Shown: positions 26,163 through 35,130 of the stretch, piece by piece | Layout of the letters: each line of letters begins with the position of its first letter | Position numbering within the stretch: position 1 is the stretch's first letter | NCBI GenBank assembly: GCA_041391425.1 | Contig: JAWKNZ010000013.1 | Location: 436-64,435, forward strand | Length of the DNA stretch: 64,000 nt | From: Bdellovibrionota bacterium | Lineage (GTDB): Bacteria; Bdellovibrionota_B; Oligoflexia; Oligoflexales; JAWKNZ01 | Reading direction: 5' to 3' | Notes under the pieces: generated by a model | Database searches by the model: none | What the model saw: only the letters and a program-made list of their open reading frames with translations | Told to the model about the DNA's origin: nothing | Made by a program: the position numbers and the translations under genes

Positions 26163-28106
26163 TTACAAGCTTCGGCTAAGAATCAACTTTATTGATGTTG
26201 AGCCTATTTTCAAATTTGGGATAGTAATAATACCGTCTATATCAGCTTTTACTTCACCGCTGGTGTCTCCATAAGACCATTTAATTGTCTCATATGGTAA
26301 TGTGATAAACTTCTTCGTTCTGCGGATCGTTACGTCTGCTACCACTGGTAATGCTCCTATATAACCTTCTCCAACAACAGGCAGATTTTCATCTATCATT
26401 TTAGCTGGAGGATTCGTTCTTATAAAAATTGGCATTTCCAGGTGTATATAATCTTCAATTATGTTATTGCTATCCCAAGATAAAAACCTATTTTTTGCTC
26501 CTCTAAGATCATTAGATATAAATTCACCTGATTGCATGTCATATACAGGCGGCTTATTGTCTAAAGAGCTATTGGAAAATGCAGGGAAGGGTTTATCACG
26601 AGAAAAATATGCTTCCTCTGGTAAGGAGCCTGTCCACCCATCTGGTAACTTTGGATCAGCCACACCATGGCCACCTTGGTCCCAAAAAACTCTATGCCCA
26701 ATTTTATATTTCTGTAATGTTTGTACCCAGCTATTATTAGTAATTGGGCTAGCTGTACTTATATGATGGAATTTAATAGTTTGATCTTGCACACCGTTAT
26801 ACGTTTGAAAAGGGATATTTCTTATCGATTTGTCATCTCTTAAGGCACGTGTTATATCATAGCGATCCCATATATTCATTCCGCCATCATCCAAAAGTTG
26901 CATTGATCTAGGGCCCCAATATTTTTCTAGAGCATACTTATGTCCTTCTTGTGCTAAGCTCATAGAAGTCATACCAACAACAGCACCAACTTCAGCAAGA
27001 TGATAACCATATCTAATTGCGAAGAAAATGGAGCCTGATCCCCCCATTGATGCACCAGATATTTTCACTCGATCTCGATCTACTCCGGGGAATGTTCGTG
27101 TCACCCAATCCAACAAGTGCAGAATACGTCGTTGAGATGTATTTAGTACTATTGTATCGGGTGTTGGTGTATTTGGATATTTTTCATGCTGTCCAGTCCA
27201 CCATCCCACATAAGGTTCTGATGGCCCTATTCCAAATTGGTTACCATTTCCATTTCCATATGTTGGAATGCCTCCACTACCATGAAGAGTAATCGATAGT
27301 GGAAGTTTGTTTGTGATAGAGGCAGCATCAGGAACGATAACATTCATTTCTATTGAGCGGCCTGCTTGCTCAGATGTATCAAGAAAATTATCGGTTATCA
27401 TGTTTACTCGGTAAAGCTTTGCTTTCCAAATTTCCTCAACGCTAATAATGCTTGGATCTGGAGGAGTGATCGTATCTAAAATATCAATCATAATGTTCTT
27501 TTTGTGTGGTTGTCCATTATCAAAAATATTAACATCGACTGAATAAGCTTTACCCCCTTGTGTAAAATCTGGGTTAAGTATTAGTATTTTATTAAATTCA
27601 TCAAATTCACTTCCTGCTGGAAGTCCATCAAAAAATATACGAGAAGTTTCTTTCGCTTTAACTTTGATTACAAGACGTTCTTTCTCTTTTATTGATATTT
27701 TGGGAATGGAGTCGGCTAATAAATCGATTAATGTTGTTGGCTTTTCATCTGTTACCGGTTTTGGAGCAGGTTCTGTTGGAGGATTTTCTTCTGTAACTGG
27801 TGTATCTTCTGTAACTGGTGTATCTTCTGTAACTGGTGTATCTTCTGTAACTGGTTTATCTTCTGTAACTGGTTTATCTTCTGTAACTGGTGTATCTGCA
27901 GTTGTTTGAGAATTATTTTGTTTTGCTTGTGTAATGCTCTGATCCATTATTTGAGAATCAGTTTGAGCCTTTACAGTATCTGCTGTTTTTGGGTTTGTTA
28001 TGTTATCTCCTCTATTATTTATTTCCTCAGAGGAGTTGTAGGAAGAGCACGACAAATAAATAAAGTATAAAAGGCAACCTGCTTTTTTTACATGATTAAG
28101 TGGCAT
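26163..28106 (-). CDS. lipoprotein alpha/beta-hydrolase (esterase) with an N-terminal PVTED(K/T) tandem-repeat linker
   Basis: It has lipobox YLSC, ...SITLHGSGG..., and the nucleophile elbow ...ISGASMGGSG... (GxSxG). Seven consecutive PVTE(D/E)x hexapeptides are present. Confidence 0.7.
   Translation of the reverse strand: MPLNHVKKAGCLLYFIYLSCSSYNSSEEINNRGDNITNPKTADTVKAQTDSQIMDQSITQAKQNNSQTTADTPVTEDKPVTEDKPVTEDTPVTEDTPVTEDTPVTEENPPTEPAPKPVTDEKPTTLIDLLADSIPKISIKEKERLVIKVKAKETSRIFFDGLPAGSEFDEFNKILILNPDFTQGGKAYSVDVNIFDNGQPHKKNIMIDILDTITPPDPSIISVEEIWKAKLYRVNMITDNFLDTSEQAGRSIEMNVIVPDAASITNKLPLSITLHGSGGIPTYGNGNGNQFGIGPSEPYVGWWTGQHEKYPNTPTPDTIVLNTSQRRILHLLDWVTRTFPGVDRDRVKISGASMGGSGSIFFAIRYGYHLAEVGAVVGMTSMSLAQEGHKYALEKYWGPRSMQLLDDGGMNIWDRYDITRALRDDKSIRNIPFQTYNGVQDQTIKFHHISTASPITNNSWVQTLQKYKIGHRVFWDQGGHGVADPKLPDGWTGSLPEEAYFSRDKPFPAFSNSSLDNKPPVYDMQSGEFISNDLRGAKNRFLSWDSNNIIEDYIHLEMPIFIRTNPPAKMIDENLPVVGEGYIGALPVVADVTIRRTKKFITLPYETIKWSYGDTSGEVKADIDGIITIPNLKIGSTSIKLILSRSL
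27787..27897. repeat. 18-bp in-frame tandem repeat (about 6 units) inside the esterase gene
   Basis: The unit TCTTCTGTAACTGGTGTA/TTTA is repeated head to tail and encodes the PVTEDT/PVTEDK units on the minus strand. Confidence 0.85.
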
Positions 28107-28568
28107 TTTTAGACACCTTAAGCTTAAAATTTATGAAATCGGATAAAAGAAATCCGCGCGTTCAAGAATTACAGATCGGTAAATTCTTAAAGAATCTTTA
28201 AGAATTTTGAAATTATAATAAATTGGTATTAATTATAGAACGTTATAATAATTTGAGTCAGTGTGCCAATCTTTGTGTGTCAGGAAAACTTGTTTGTCTC
28301 TCTCAATGCAATCGAGAGTAACATGATGAAGCGTGAACGCTACAATAATGCTATCAAAAAGCTGTAGGGGTTGACACTTGAGGTGTTTTGTCCGGGTGTG
28401 CGTAGTCAAAAGCACACTAGACGGCAGCTATCTTGCCCACCAAAGCATCCTCCACTAGAATGGTGACAGGCAATCTAATGTGTGATTATATATCCAGTTG
28501 ATACTATCTATCGCCATTTGGTGGGATAATAAAAAGATAAATTTAAGATATTGTTAAACAGCAGCTTT

Positions 28569-28753
28569 CTAGGGCGTGTTGACGTTTCATTTCCTACTAC
28601 GAGCCAAACCCTTGAGTCACAACGTTGTCAGGGTTTCAAAAATTATCCTCAATGTACATCTAGTACACCTCCGGTAATTTTTGAAACCCTTCCTAGCTGC
28701 GACTTTCAAGTATTTGTCTCTCGCTACGAAAATGAAACGTCAACACGCCCTAG
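28569..28753. mobile_element. MITE-like hairpin element, copy 3 of 3
   Basis: CTAGGGCGTGTTGACGTTTCATTTCC...GAAAATGAAACGTCAACACGCCCTAG. It lies 58 nt downstream of the MotA-like gene stop. Confidence 0.8.
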
Positions 28754-28810
28754 TCAACGTTATTTCAATAATTTTCGTCGCGCTGTAGTCTTGTGCTTTA
28801 TAAAATTCGG

Positions 28811-29734
28811 CTAAGCAGCAGAATTTTTTCCTCCTTTAGCAATTTGATTGTTTATGGCTTGTTCAGCAAGTGCCTCCATTGGATCTTTGTGTTCGTCGAA
28901 TTCAGATACTTCAACCTCAGTGATGCTATTGCCTTCGCTTCTAGTCCATAGAACGTCTAATGAGTTTTCAAATCGGTCGACGATGCTGACGAATAGCTTA
29001 TCTGCAGAAAACAAGGTATTACAGATACTCATTGTAACGGAAAGAATGATTCCTACGATTGATGTGCTCATAGAGAATGAGACTCTTAAAAGAAACTCAT
29101 CCATTACTAACTTTGTTCCTTCAATGTCCTGCAAATCCATTTTTCCTAATTCAGGCAATGCGTTCATAATACCCAGAAAGGTACCAAAGATACCTCCTAC
29201 AATGAATATTCCTGGCAGTATGTTGAGGATGTCATTAAATATGGATGTTGGAAAAACTCCAAAAACTTTGCTGAAGCAAGGGTTGTTTTGAAAAACGATT
29301 TTTGCAATTTCTAAAAGTTTTGGGTGATCTTTTTGGGGTTTAAGGTATTTGATTTGTTTTAAGGTGTCTTTTACTAAAAAAGCGGATCCATGTTGGATGA
29401 GGAATACTCGGTCCATAATTGGTCCAATTGCATCTGGTTTACGCCGCTTCATTATAGCGCGGATTTCAAAAATTTCGTAATAGGTTTTTTCGAGTATTTT
29501 TTTTGTAGTTAGGAAAAAAGATTTTACCGCTACTCCGTGTGTTTCATCGATGAATTTATGTACTCTTTTTTCGAACTCTTTTGCAAACCAAGATTCACGA
29601 GATATCGTATAATAGATTAATATACGCATGGCTATTGCAAAGGCAAAAATGGCTATCATCGTCGGCATAAGAAGATCTGTAGAAAATGAGACGATGAATT
29701 CGACAAAATCTTGTATTAGGCCTTTTTCACTCAT
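28811..29734 (-). CDS. MotA/TolQ/ExbB-family proton-channel protein
   Basis: 307 aa. It has an N-terminal TM, a roughly 130-aa cytoplasmic insert, then ...LPGIFIVGGIFGTFLGIMNALPELG... and ...SFSMSTSIVGIILSVTMSICNTLF.... Confidence 0.7.
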   Translation of the reverse strand: MSEKGLIQDFVEFIVSFSTDLLMPTMIAIFAFAIAMRILIYYTISRESWFAKEFEKRVHKFIDETHGVAVKSFFLTTKKILEKTYYEIFEIRAIMKRRKPDAIGPIMDRVFLIQHGSAFLVKDTLKQIKYLKPQKDHPKLLEIAKIVFQNNPCFSKVFGVFPTSIFNDILNILPGIFIVGGIFGTFLGIMNALPELGKMDLQDIEGTKLVMDEFLLRVSFSMSTSIVGIILSVTMSICNTLFSADKLFVSIVDRFENSLDVLWTRSEGNSITEVEVSEFDEHKDPMEALAEQAINNQIAKGGKNSAA

Positions 29735-29756
29735 AATACTATTCCTTCATAAAGTT

Positions 29757-31667
29757 TTAATCATTTAAATTGAATTTAATGATTACTTTCTGTTCTTTTT
29801 TGCAATTGTATTGTTTACAATAATATTTCACATCTAAGCCTTTTTCTGCACCTGCACCGCTTACACCTTCGGCAAGAAAACTACGGCCTGTTACTTTTAT
29901 CTTGGGGAGTAGATCTGATTGGTATTGATAAGTGAATTTTTCTTTGTCGAATATATAGCGAAAAATTTCTCTAGCGCGGTTATAACTTAAGTCAAGGTTG
30001 TAATTTACGGCTGCTCTGTCTTCTGGTGCCAGGCTTTTGGGATCAACATACTTTCCCCGATATGTTGGTGAAGCAAATCCAACAATTTCTACAGAAGATA
30101 TTTTCTTAGCGATCTTCTTATTTTTAAATAATGACTTTGAATATACCGGCATAAATTTTCTCAATATTTTTTTCATACCTTCTTTAAGAGTATATTTTCC
30201 AGTATCAAAATATTCGTCGTTGAATGTTAGAAGAACGTCACCAGTCTTTGAGTCAACTTTTGCATCTATCCCTGATCTTCTAAAGTCGTCTTTTATAGAC
30301 TTAGTAAGCCGACGGCGATCATTGCGTGACTTTTTGACATTATCTAAATCTTTTTTGAGCTCTGTCTGCTGATTTTCGAGAGTATTTATGTAATCTTTAA
30401 ATTTAGAATTATCATTTCGTGCTTGTTCCAGTTTTTCTTGATTCTCTTTTGCCTTTTGTGCTAGAGCAGATAGTTGTTTTTCTAGATCTTGCTTGTCTTT
30501 TTTGACTTGGTCTGCAAATGCTTTTTGTTTTTCAGCCTTTTCTGCTGCTGATGATTTTTCTTTTGATAATGCTGAATCAAATTCAGCCTTTCTCTTTTCT
30601 AATTCTTGTGCGAAATTCCCTTTGAGTTCTTTAATTTCTTTATTGTACAACGCATTCGCTTTTTCTAATTCTCCAGTTAATTCGGCCTTTTCTTGCTTTT
30701 GGGTATTGATGACCTTGGTAGCTGTAGCGAGTTGCTTGTTGATGTTCGTTAAATCTGTATTTGCTACATTGAGCTGTTTAGACATTGAATGATTCTTGGA
30801 TTCTAGAGAAGCAATTTTTTGTTCTGAAGTTTTCTTTAAATTTTCTATTTGCCGCTTTAGTTTTGCACTGGAAATTTTCTTTTGCTTTCTTGCGTTTTTT
30901 AGTGCATTGATCTTTTTTGCTAATGTGTTGTTTATAGAATCGATTTGTTTGTTGTTTTCTTCTATAATCCTCTTTTTTTCAGCTATGAGTAGCGAGAGCT
31001 CTTCTAATTCTTGATTTTTAGCACGTAGTATTCTTTTCTTTTCTGCTATGATATCTTCACTCTTCTCGATTTCTTCTTGTTTGTCTTGGATAATATGCTC
31101 TTTTTGATCTATAATTTCATCTCTTTCTTTGATTTCACCTAGTTGTTTTTCGATAGTGTTTTCTTTTTCAACTATTTGTTGGCGTTTTCGTTCTAATTTC
31201 ACATCTCTATCTTTTATTCCGGCTTTTGCTAATAGATTTACATTAATGATATTGCGGATGATTTGCTGGTATTTGTTTAGTGCTTTTTCTTTCTTTTCAT
31301 TCTCAAGTGCTTGTGCTCTTAAGTTTACCTTTTCTTTTTGAGCTTCGTCCTGTAACAAGTCTAATTTGGACATAAGTTCTTTATATGTTTCTACTTCTGT
31401 TTCAGAAGCTTTGGTATCTAGATATTCATCTTTAAGGGTTTCATATACAGCTTGCTCTTTTTTTAGAGCGGATCTTTCAGCTTGAAGTTGTTGAAATTGT
31501 ATGTTTTTTTGTAAGCTAAAAGTACCACTTCTCAAGCTTGATGTTACATATAAAAGTAGAAAAACTAGAGATAATACCATAAAGAGGTCGCTATATGACG
31601 ACCACTGTGAGCCATCATTTTGATTGTCTTTAATTTTATTGTAATTAAGACTCATAGCTTGTCCCAT
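29757..31667 (-). CDS. MotB/OmpA-family protein with a roughly 400-aa coiled-coil insert
   Basis: 636 aa. The N-terminal TM ...WSSYSDLFMVLSLVFLLLYV... resembles the MotB plug/TM with its Asp. Residues 50-455 are K/E/Q-rich heptad-like sequence. The C terminus ...VEIVGFASPT...NLDLSYNRAREIFRYIF...IKVTGRS... is OmpA-like. Confidence 0.7.
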   Translation of the reverse strand: MGQAMSLNYNKIKDNQNDGSQWSSYSDLFMVLSLVFLLLYVTSSLRSGTFSLQKNIQFQQLQAERSALKKEQAVYETLKDEYLDTKASETEVETYKELMSKLDLLQDEAQKEKVNLRAQALENEKKEKALNKYQQIIRNIINVNLLAKAGIKDRDVKLERKRQQIVEKENTIEKQLGEIKERDEIIDQKEHIIQDKQEEIEKSEDIIAEKKRILRAKNQELEELSLLIAEKKRIIEENNKQIDSINNTLAKKINALKNARKQKKISSAKLKRQIENLKKTSEQKIASLESKNHSMSKQLNVANTDLTNINKQLATATKVINTQKQEKAELTGELEKANALYNKEIKELKGNFAQELEKRKAEFDSALSKEKSSAAEKAEKQKAFADQVKKDKQDLEKQLSALAQKAKENQEKLEQARNDNSKFKDYINTLENQQTELKKDLDNVKKSRNDRRRLTKSIKDDFRRSGIDAKVDSKTGDVLLTFNDEYFDTGKYTLKEGMKKILRKFMPVYSKSLFKNKKIAKKISSVEIVGFASPTYRGKYVDPKSLAPEDRAAVNYNLDLSYNRAREIFRYIFDKEKFTYQYQSDLLPKIKVTGRSFLAEGVSGAGAEKGLDVKYYCKQYNCKKEQKVIIKFNLND

Positions 31668-32105
31668 GAGGATTAGGTTTTTGACACTCTTGTTTCGGAG
31701 CTTAATGCTAACTCTTAAGTTTACTTTATTTTAAATTTTTAAAATTTTGTAATTTTTTTAATCATTTTCATAAGTTTTCTGATGTGTGTCTTGTTGTTAA
31801 AGAGGTTTAGATATTTTTATGAGATAGATAAGAGGTTTTATAAAATCGATTGACTATGCCAGTCTATATTATACGATTTTGTACTTGCCTAAATATAATT
31901 TCTGCTTGCAACAAATTAATGCCATACATATATATAGTATTTCTGCCAAGCTTGTTTAAAATACTGTTGGACTATTCCTTTACTTGTTGAACGAAGTAAA
32001 GAAAAGAGGTTTGTTTCTAGAGGTTTATCAAGATAAGATGTGATAAGTCTTTGAGGGTCTAAGTAAATAAAATTGAACGCCTTTGCCGTAGTGAAAGAGA
32101 GAATT

Positions 32106-33776
32106 ATGTGTGGGATCGTTGCTATATTAAACCCAAAGGAAGAAACCAAAAGCTTGAGGGCTAAAGCGATCAAATTAGCCAAAACAGTGCGTCATCGAGG
32201 TCCAGATTGGAGTGGCTTATATATTAATGATAACGCTATTTTGGCACATGAGCGGTTAGCGATTGTTGGTGTGGATAGTGGGGCGCAGCCTCTAAAAGCT
32301 GTTGACTGTGTATTGGCAGTAAATGGTGAAATATATAATCACACTGAATTAAGGCATACAAAGCTAAATCATATGTATGAGTTTAAGACGCACTCAGATT
32401 GCGAAGTTATACTTTATTTGTATAAAGAATATGGAGTTGATTTTTTAAATGATCTGAATGGAATTTTTGCTTTTGTTCTTCACGATGAAAAAACTGGAGA
32501 TAACTTAATTGCTCGTGATCCAATTGGAGTGATTCCACTCTATTATGGCTATGATAAAGCAGGAAATCTTTATGTAGCATCCGAAATGAAAGCATTGATA
32601 GATTGTGAAGAGGTGCATGAATTTCCTCCCGGCAGTTACATGCATAAAGGTATCATTAAAAAATACTACCAACCGGATTGGAGTAAAAATCAGCCACAAA
32701 TTCCATGTGATTATTCTGCGCTTGCTAATTCTTTATCAGCTGCGGTTAAACGGCAATTGATGTGTGATGTCCCTTTTGGGCTACTTATATCTGGTGGAGT
32801 AGATTCGTCAATTATAGCTGCGTTAGCAGCAAAATATGCCCGTACTCGCGTGGAGAGTTATGGTGAAAAGGCTTGGTGGCCGCAGTTGCATTCGTTCTCC
32901 GTTGGATTAGAAGGCGCCCCTGATTTTCATTATGCCAAGATAGTAGCGGACGCTATTGGTTCGATTCATCATGAGGTCCATTTTACTCTGCAGGAAGGCA
33001 TCGATGCTCTATCTGATGTTATTTATCATACTGAAACTTTTGATACGACAACAATACGGGCTTCAACCCCTATGTTTATTATGGCTCGAAAAATAAAGTC
33101 TTATGGCATCAAAATGGTGCTGTCGGGGGAAGGTGCGGACGAGATTTTTGGTGGTTATTTGTATTTTCATAAGGCACCTAATCCAGCTGAATTTTATCAG
33201 GAGACAGTCAGAAAGATTAGTAAGCTACATCTATATGATTGCTTGCGAGCTAATAAATCGATGGCATCTTGGGGAGTAGAGGCTAGGGTGCCATTCCTTG
33301 ATTTAGAATTTATCGAATATGCAATGAATATTAGGCCAGAAGATAAAATGATTATTAATGGAAAGATGGAAAAACAAATTCTTAGAGATTCTTTCAAAGG
33401 CCTCATTCCGGAAGCGGTGCTTTTTAGGCAAAAAGAACAGTTTAGTGATGGAGTTGGCTATAGTTGGATTGACGGTATTAAAAAAATAGCCGAGCAAGAA
33501 ATAAGTGATAAACAAATGTCTGAAGCGAAAAATAAGTTTCCTATTAAGACTCCTAGAACTAAGGAAGATTATTTGTATAGGGAGCTATGGGCACAACATT
33601 TTCCAGAGCAGTGCCTTGACTGTGTTGCGTATGAGCCGTCAATAGCTTGTAGCACTCCAACAGCTTTAAAGTGGGATAAGAGCTTTGAAAATCAAGCAGA
33701 TCCTTCTGGTCGAGCTGTGGCAAATGTTCACGAAAAATCAATCAAAGTATTAAATGGTGTGCAGGTAAAAGAATAG
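32106..33776 (+). CDS. asnB: asparagine synthase (glutamine-hydrolysing)
   Basis: It starts MCGIVAIL, the N-terminal nucleophile Cys required by class II amidotransferases. It also has ...SGGVDSS... (PP-loop) and ...LSGEGADEIFGGY.... The ORF-track start at 32073 is too far upstream. Confidence 0.9.
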   Translation: MCGIVAILNPKEETKSLRAKAIKLAKTVRHRGPDWSGLYINDNAILAHERLAIVGVDSGAQPLKAVDCVLAVNGEIYNHTELRHTKLNHMYEFKTHSDCEVILYLYKEYGVDFLNDLNGIFAFVLHDEKTGDNLIARDPIGVIPLYYGYDKAGNLYVASEMKALIDCEEVHEFPPGSYMHKGIIKKYYQPDWSKNQPQIPCDYSALANSLSAAVKRQLMCDVPFGLLISGGVDSSIIAALAAKYARTRVESYGEKAWWPQLHSFSVGLEGAPDFHYAKIVADAIGSIHHEVHFTLQEGIDALSDVIYHTETFDTTTIRASTPMFIMARKIKSYGIKMVLSGEGADEIFGGYLYFHKAPNPAEFYQETVRKISKLHLYDCLRANKSMASWGVEARVPFLDLEFIEYAMNIRPEDKMIINGKMEKQILRDSFKGLIPEAVLFRQKEQFSDGVGYSWIDGIKKIAEQEISDKQMSEAKNKFPIKTPRTKEDYLYRELWAQHFPEQCLDCVAYEPSIACSTPTALKWDKSFENQADPSGRAVANVHEKSIKVLNGVQVKE

Positions 33777-33946
33777 AATTTTTATGCAAATAGACATAAG
33801 ATTTGTCATACGTGTAGGGTATTAGAATAGAAAGTAAACGTGCACCGGAGTTGTGTTCATAAAAGTAACATAATTCCCGGAAGCCATTAAAGCATGTATG
33901 CCGAACAGTTTTCAAAATTTAGTCGTATTCATGATGTTTCTTGTGG

Positions 33947-33978
33947 CCTAAAAGCAGTTTAGCTTTTAGGTATTTTCT
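33947..33978 (+). terminator. candidate intrinsic terminator
   Basis: CCTAAAAGC-agttta-GCTTTTAGG (9-bp stem) is followed by TATTTTCT. It lies about 170 nt after the asnB stop. Confidence 0.45.
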
Positions 33979-34061
33979 ATGATTTCTCACTTGATAGGTT
34001 TTTCCCAATAAGTTTATAAAGCTTGAGAACCCGGCTTCCTGTAAAATCCTTATTATGGCTT

Positions 34062-34757
34062 TTAATTTGGGAGCTCAGATAGAGTTTCGCCATGATCCGG
34101 CGCGTCATGGCTGCTGAGGATCAGACCTGAAAGTAATGTTTCCAGGTCGCAAGGTTTACACCAATTGCTTCTGTATATAACCCGTTGTTCATTATTTAGT
34201 AAGATACAAGAGTTCGGCATATTGCCTAAATAATTGTGTGCGGTGCCTTCTAGGCTATCTACTAACACAATCCGATCCTTGTGGAGGTATGTTTTTAGCT
34301 TCCTCGCATAGCTTATTTTTTGCCTTAAGCTTTTATGTTTGGATACTTTAAAGCCCGGATAGGCTTCTTGGACATAAATAGTTATAAAATTTACTTTCGG
34401 AAAGAGATTTTGCAATCGATCTATTTGTTCAGTGTGGTGCATAAACGAAGGACTTGTTAGAGACCCTGCCTCTAATATTGTTGTCCTATGATCGATGATT
34501 GTTGAGAGATTAACAAGATTGCCATTGAGGTCTACGAGGCTAGCATTTGGGAAAATTTCCCCTCGTTTTACGGAACGAAAGTTCTGATCTATAGAAGCTT
34601 GTTTGAGGTAATGTTGGTCGCTAGACTTATATTGTAGGTGGTTATAATGCCCATTATGCCTACGACCACTATTCCCTCTTTTCGTAGTTAAAGCATTCAT
34701 AGTTAACACTGAAAGAGAACTCTCATGCGGCGTAATTTGATGGTATGTAATATTCAT
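34062..34757 (-). CDS. iodothyronine-deiodinase-like thioredoxin-fold protein (Ser at the Sec/Cys position)
   Basis: ...ILEAGSLTSPSF... aligns with the deiodinase active-site motif GSxT(U/C)PxF. It is followed by ...NFITIYVQEAYPG... (compare ..VYI.EAH..). Confidence 0.5.
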   Translation of the reverse strand: MNITYHQITPHESSLSVLTMNALTTKRGNSGRRHNGHYNHLQYKSSDQHYLKQASIDQNFRSVKRGEIFPNASLVDLNGNLVNLSTIIDHRTTILEAGSLTSPSFMHHTEQIDRLQNLFPKVNFITIYVQEAYPGFKVSKHKSLRQKISYARKLKTYLHKDRIVLVDSLEGTAHNYLGNMPNSCILLNNEQRVIYRSNWCKPCDLETLLSGLILSSHDAPDHGETLSELPN

Positions 34758-35130
34758 AGATGCTCCGGACAGCTTTAATTAGGTTTATATAAGTATCGAC
34801 TTCGGTAGCGGGTGCATCGTAGAAGCCTTCGAAATAGGCTTTTACGTTTTCTGCAAGTTCCTGATCTGACTTTTGGGGCCATTGGCTAATAAGATATTTG
34901 GCCTGAGTTAATAGTTCATCCATTTCATCCTCCGTGTTTCTACCTAAGCACATGTTATGTTCTTTAGCTTTGTTTTTGCTATGATCTGTATACCTTGTCT
35001 TAGGCGAGAAGCAGCATCTCTGAATATTGCCTCTATGTATGTTTCTCTTACCGAGTTCTCTTGTTAATAATGTATATAGCAATTGTAGTGCCATATTGGC
35101 GAAGCGGCCAAATAAGGCTTTGAGGAACAA
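34723..35130 (-). CDS. hypothetical protein
   Basis: ORF only. It overlaps the downstream gene by 35 nt and its start is uncertain. Confidence 0.3.
   Translation of the reverse strand: MFLKALFGRFANMALQLLYTLLTRELGKRNIHRGNIQRCCFSPKTRYTDHSKNKAKEHNMCLGRNTEDEMDELLTQAKYLISQWPQKSDQELAENVKAYFEGFYDAPATEVDTYINLIKAVRSIYEYYIPSNYAA

Noticed and set aside
27787-27897. Possible CRISPR array or non-coding repeat.
   Set aside because: It is an 18-bp in-frame coding repeat inside a long ORF and encodes PVTED(K/T) units.
30037-31341. Several plus-strand ORFs rich in S/F/L (30037-30372, 30493-30792, 30796-31014, 31129-31341).
   Set aside because: They are antisense shadows of the K/E/Q-rich coiled-coil gene 29757-31667; a low-complexity AAG/GAA-rich sense strand gives long open antisense frames.
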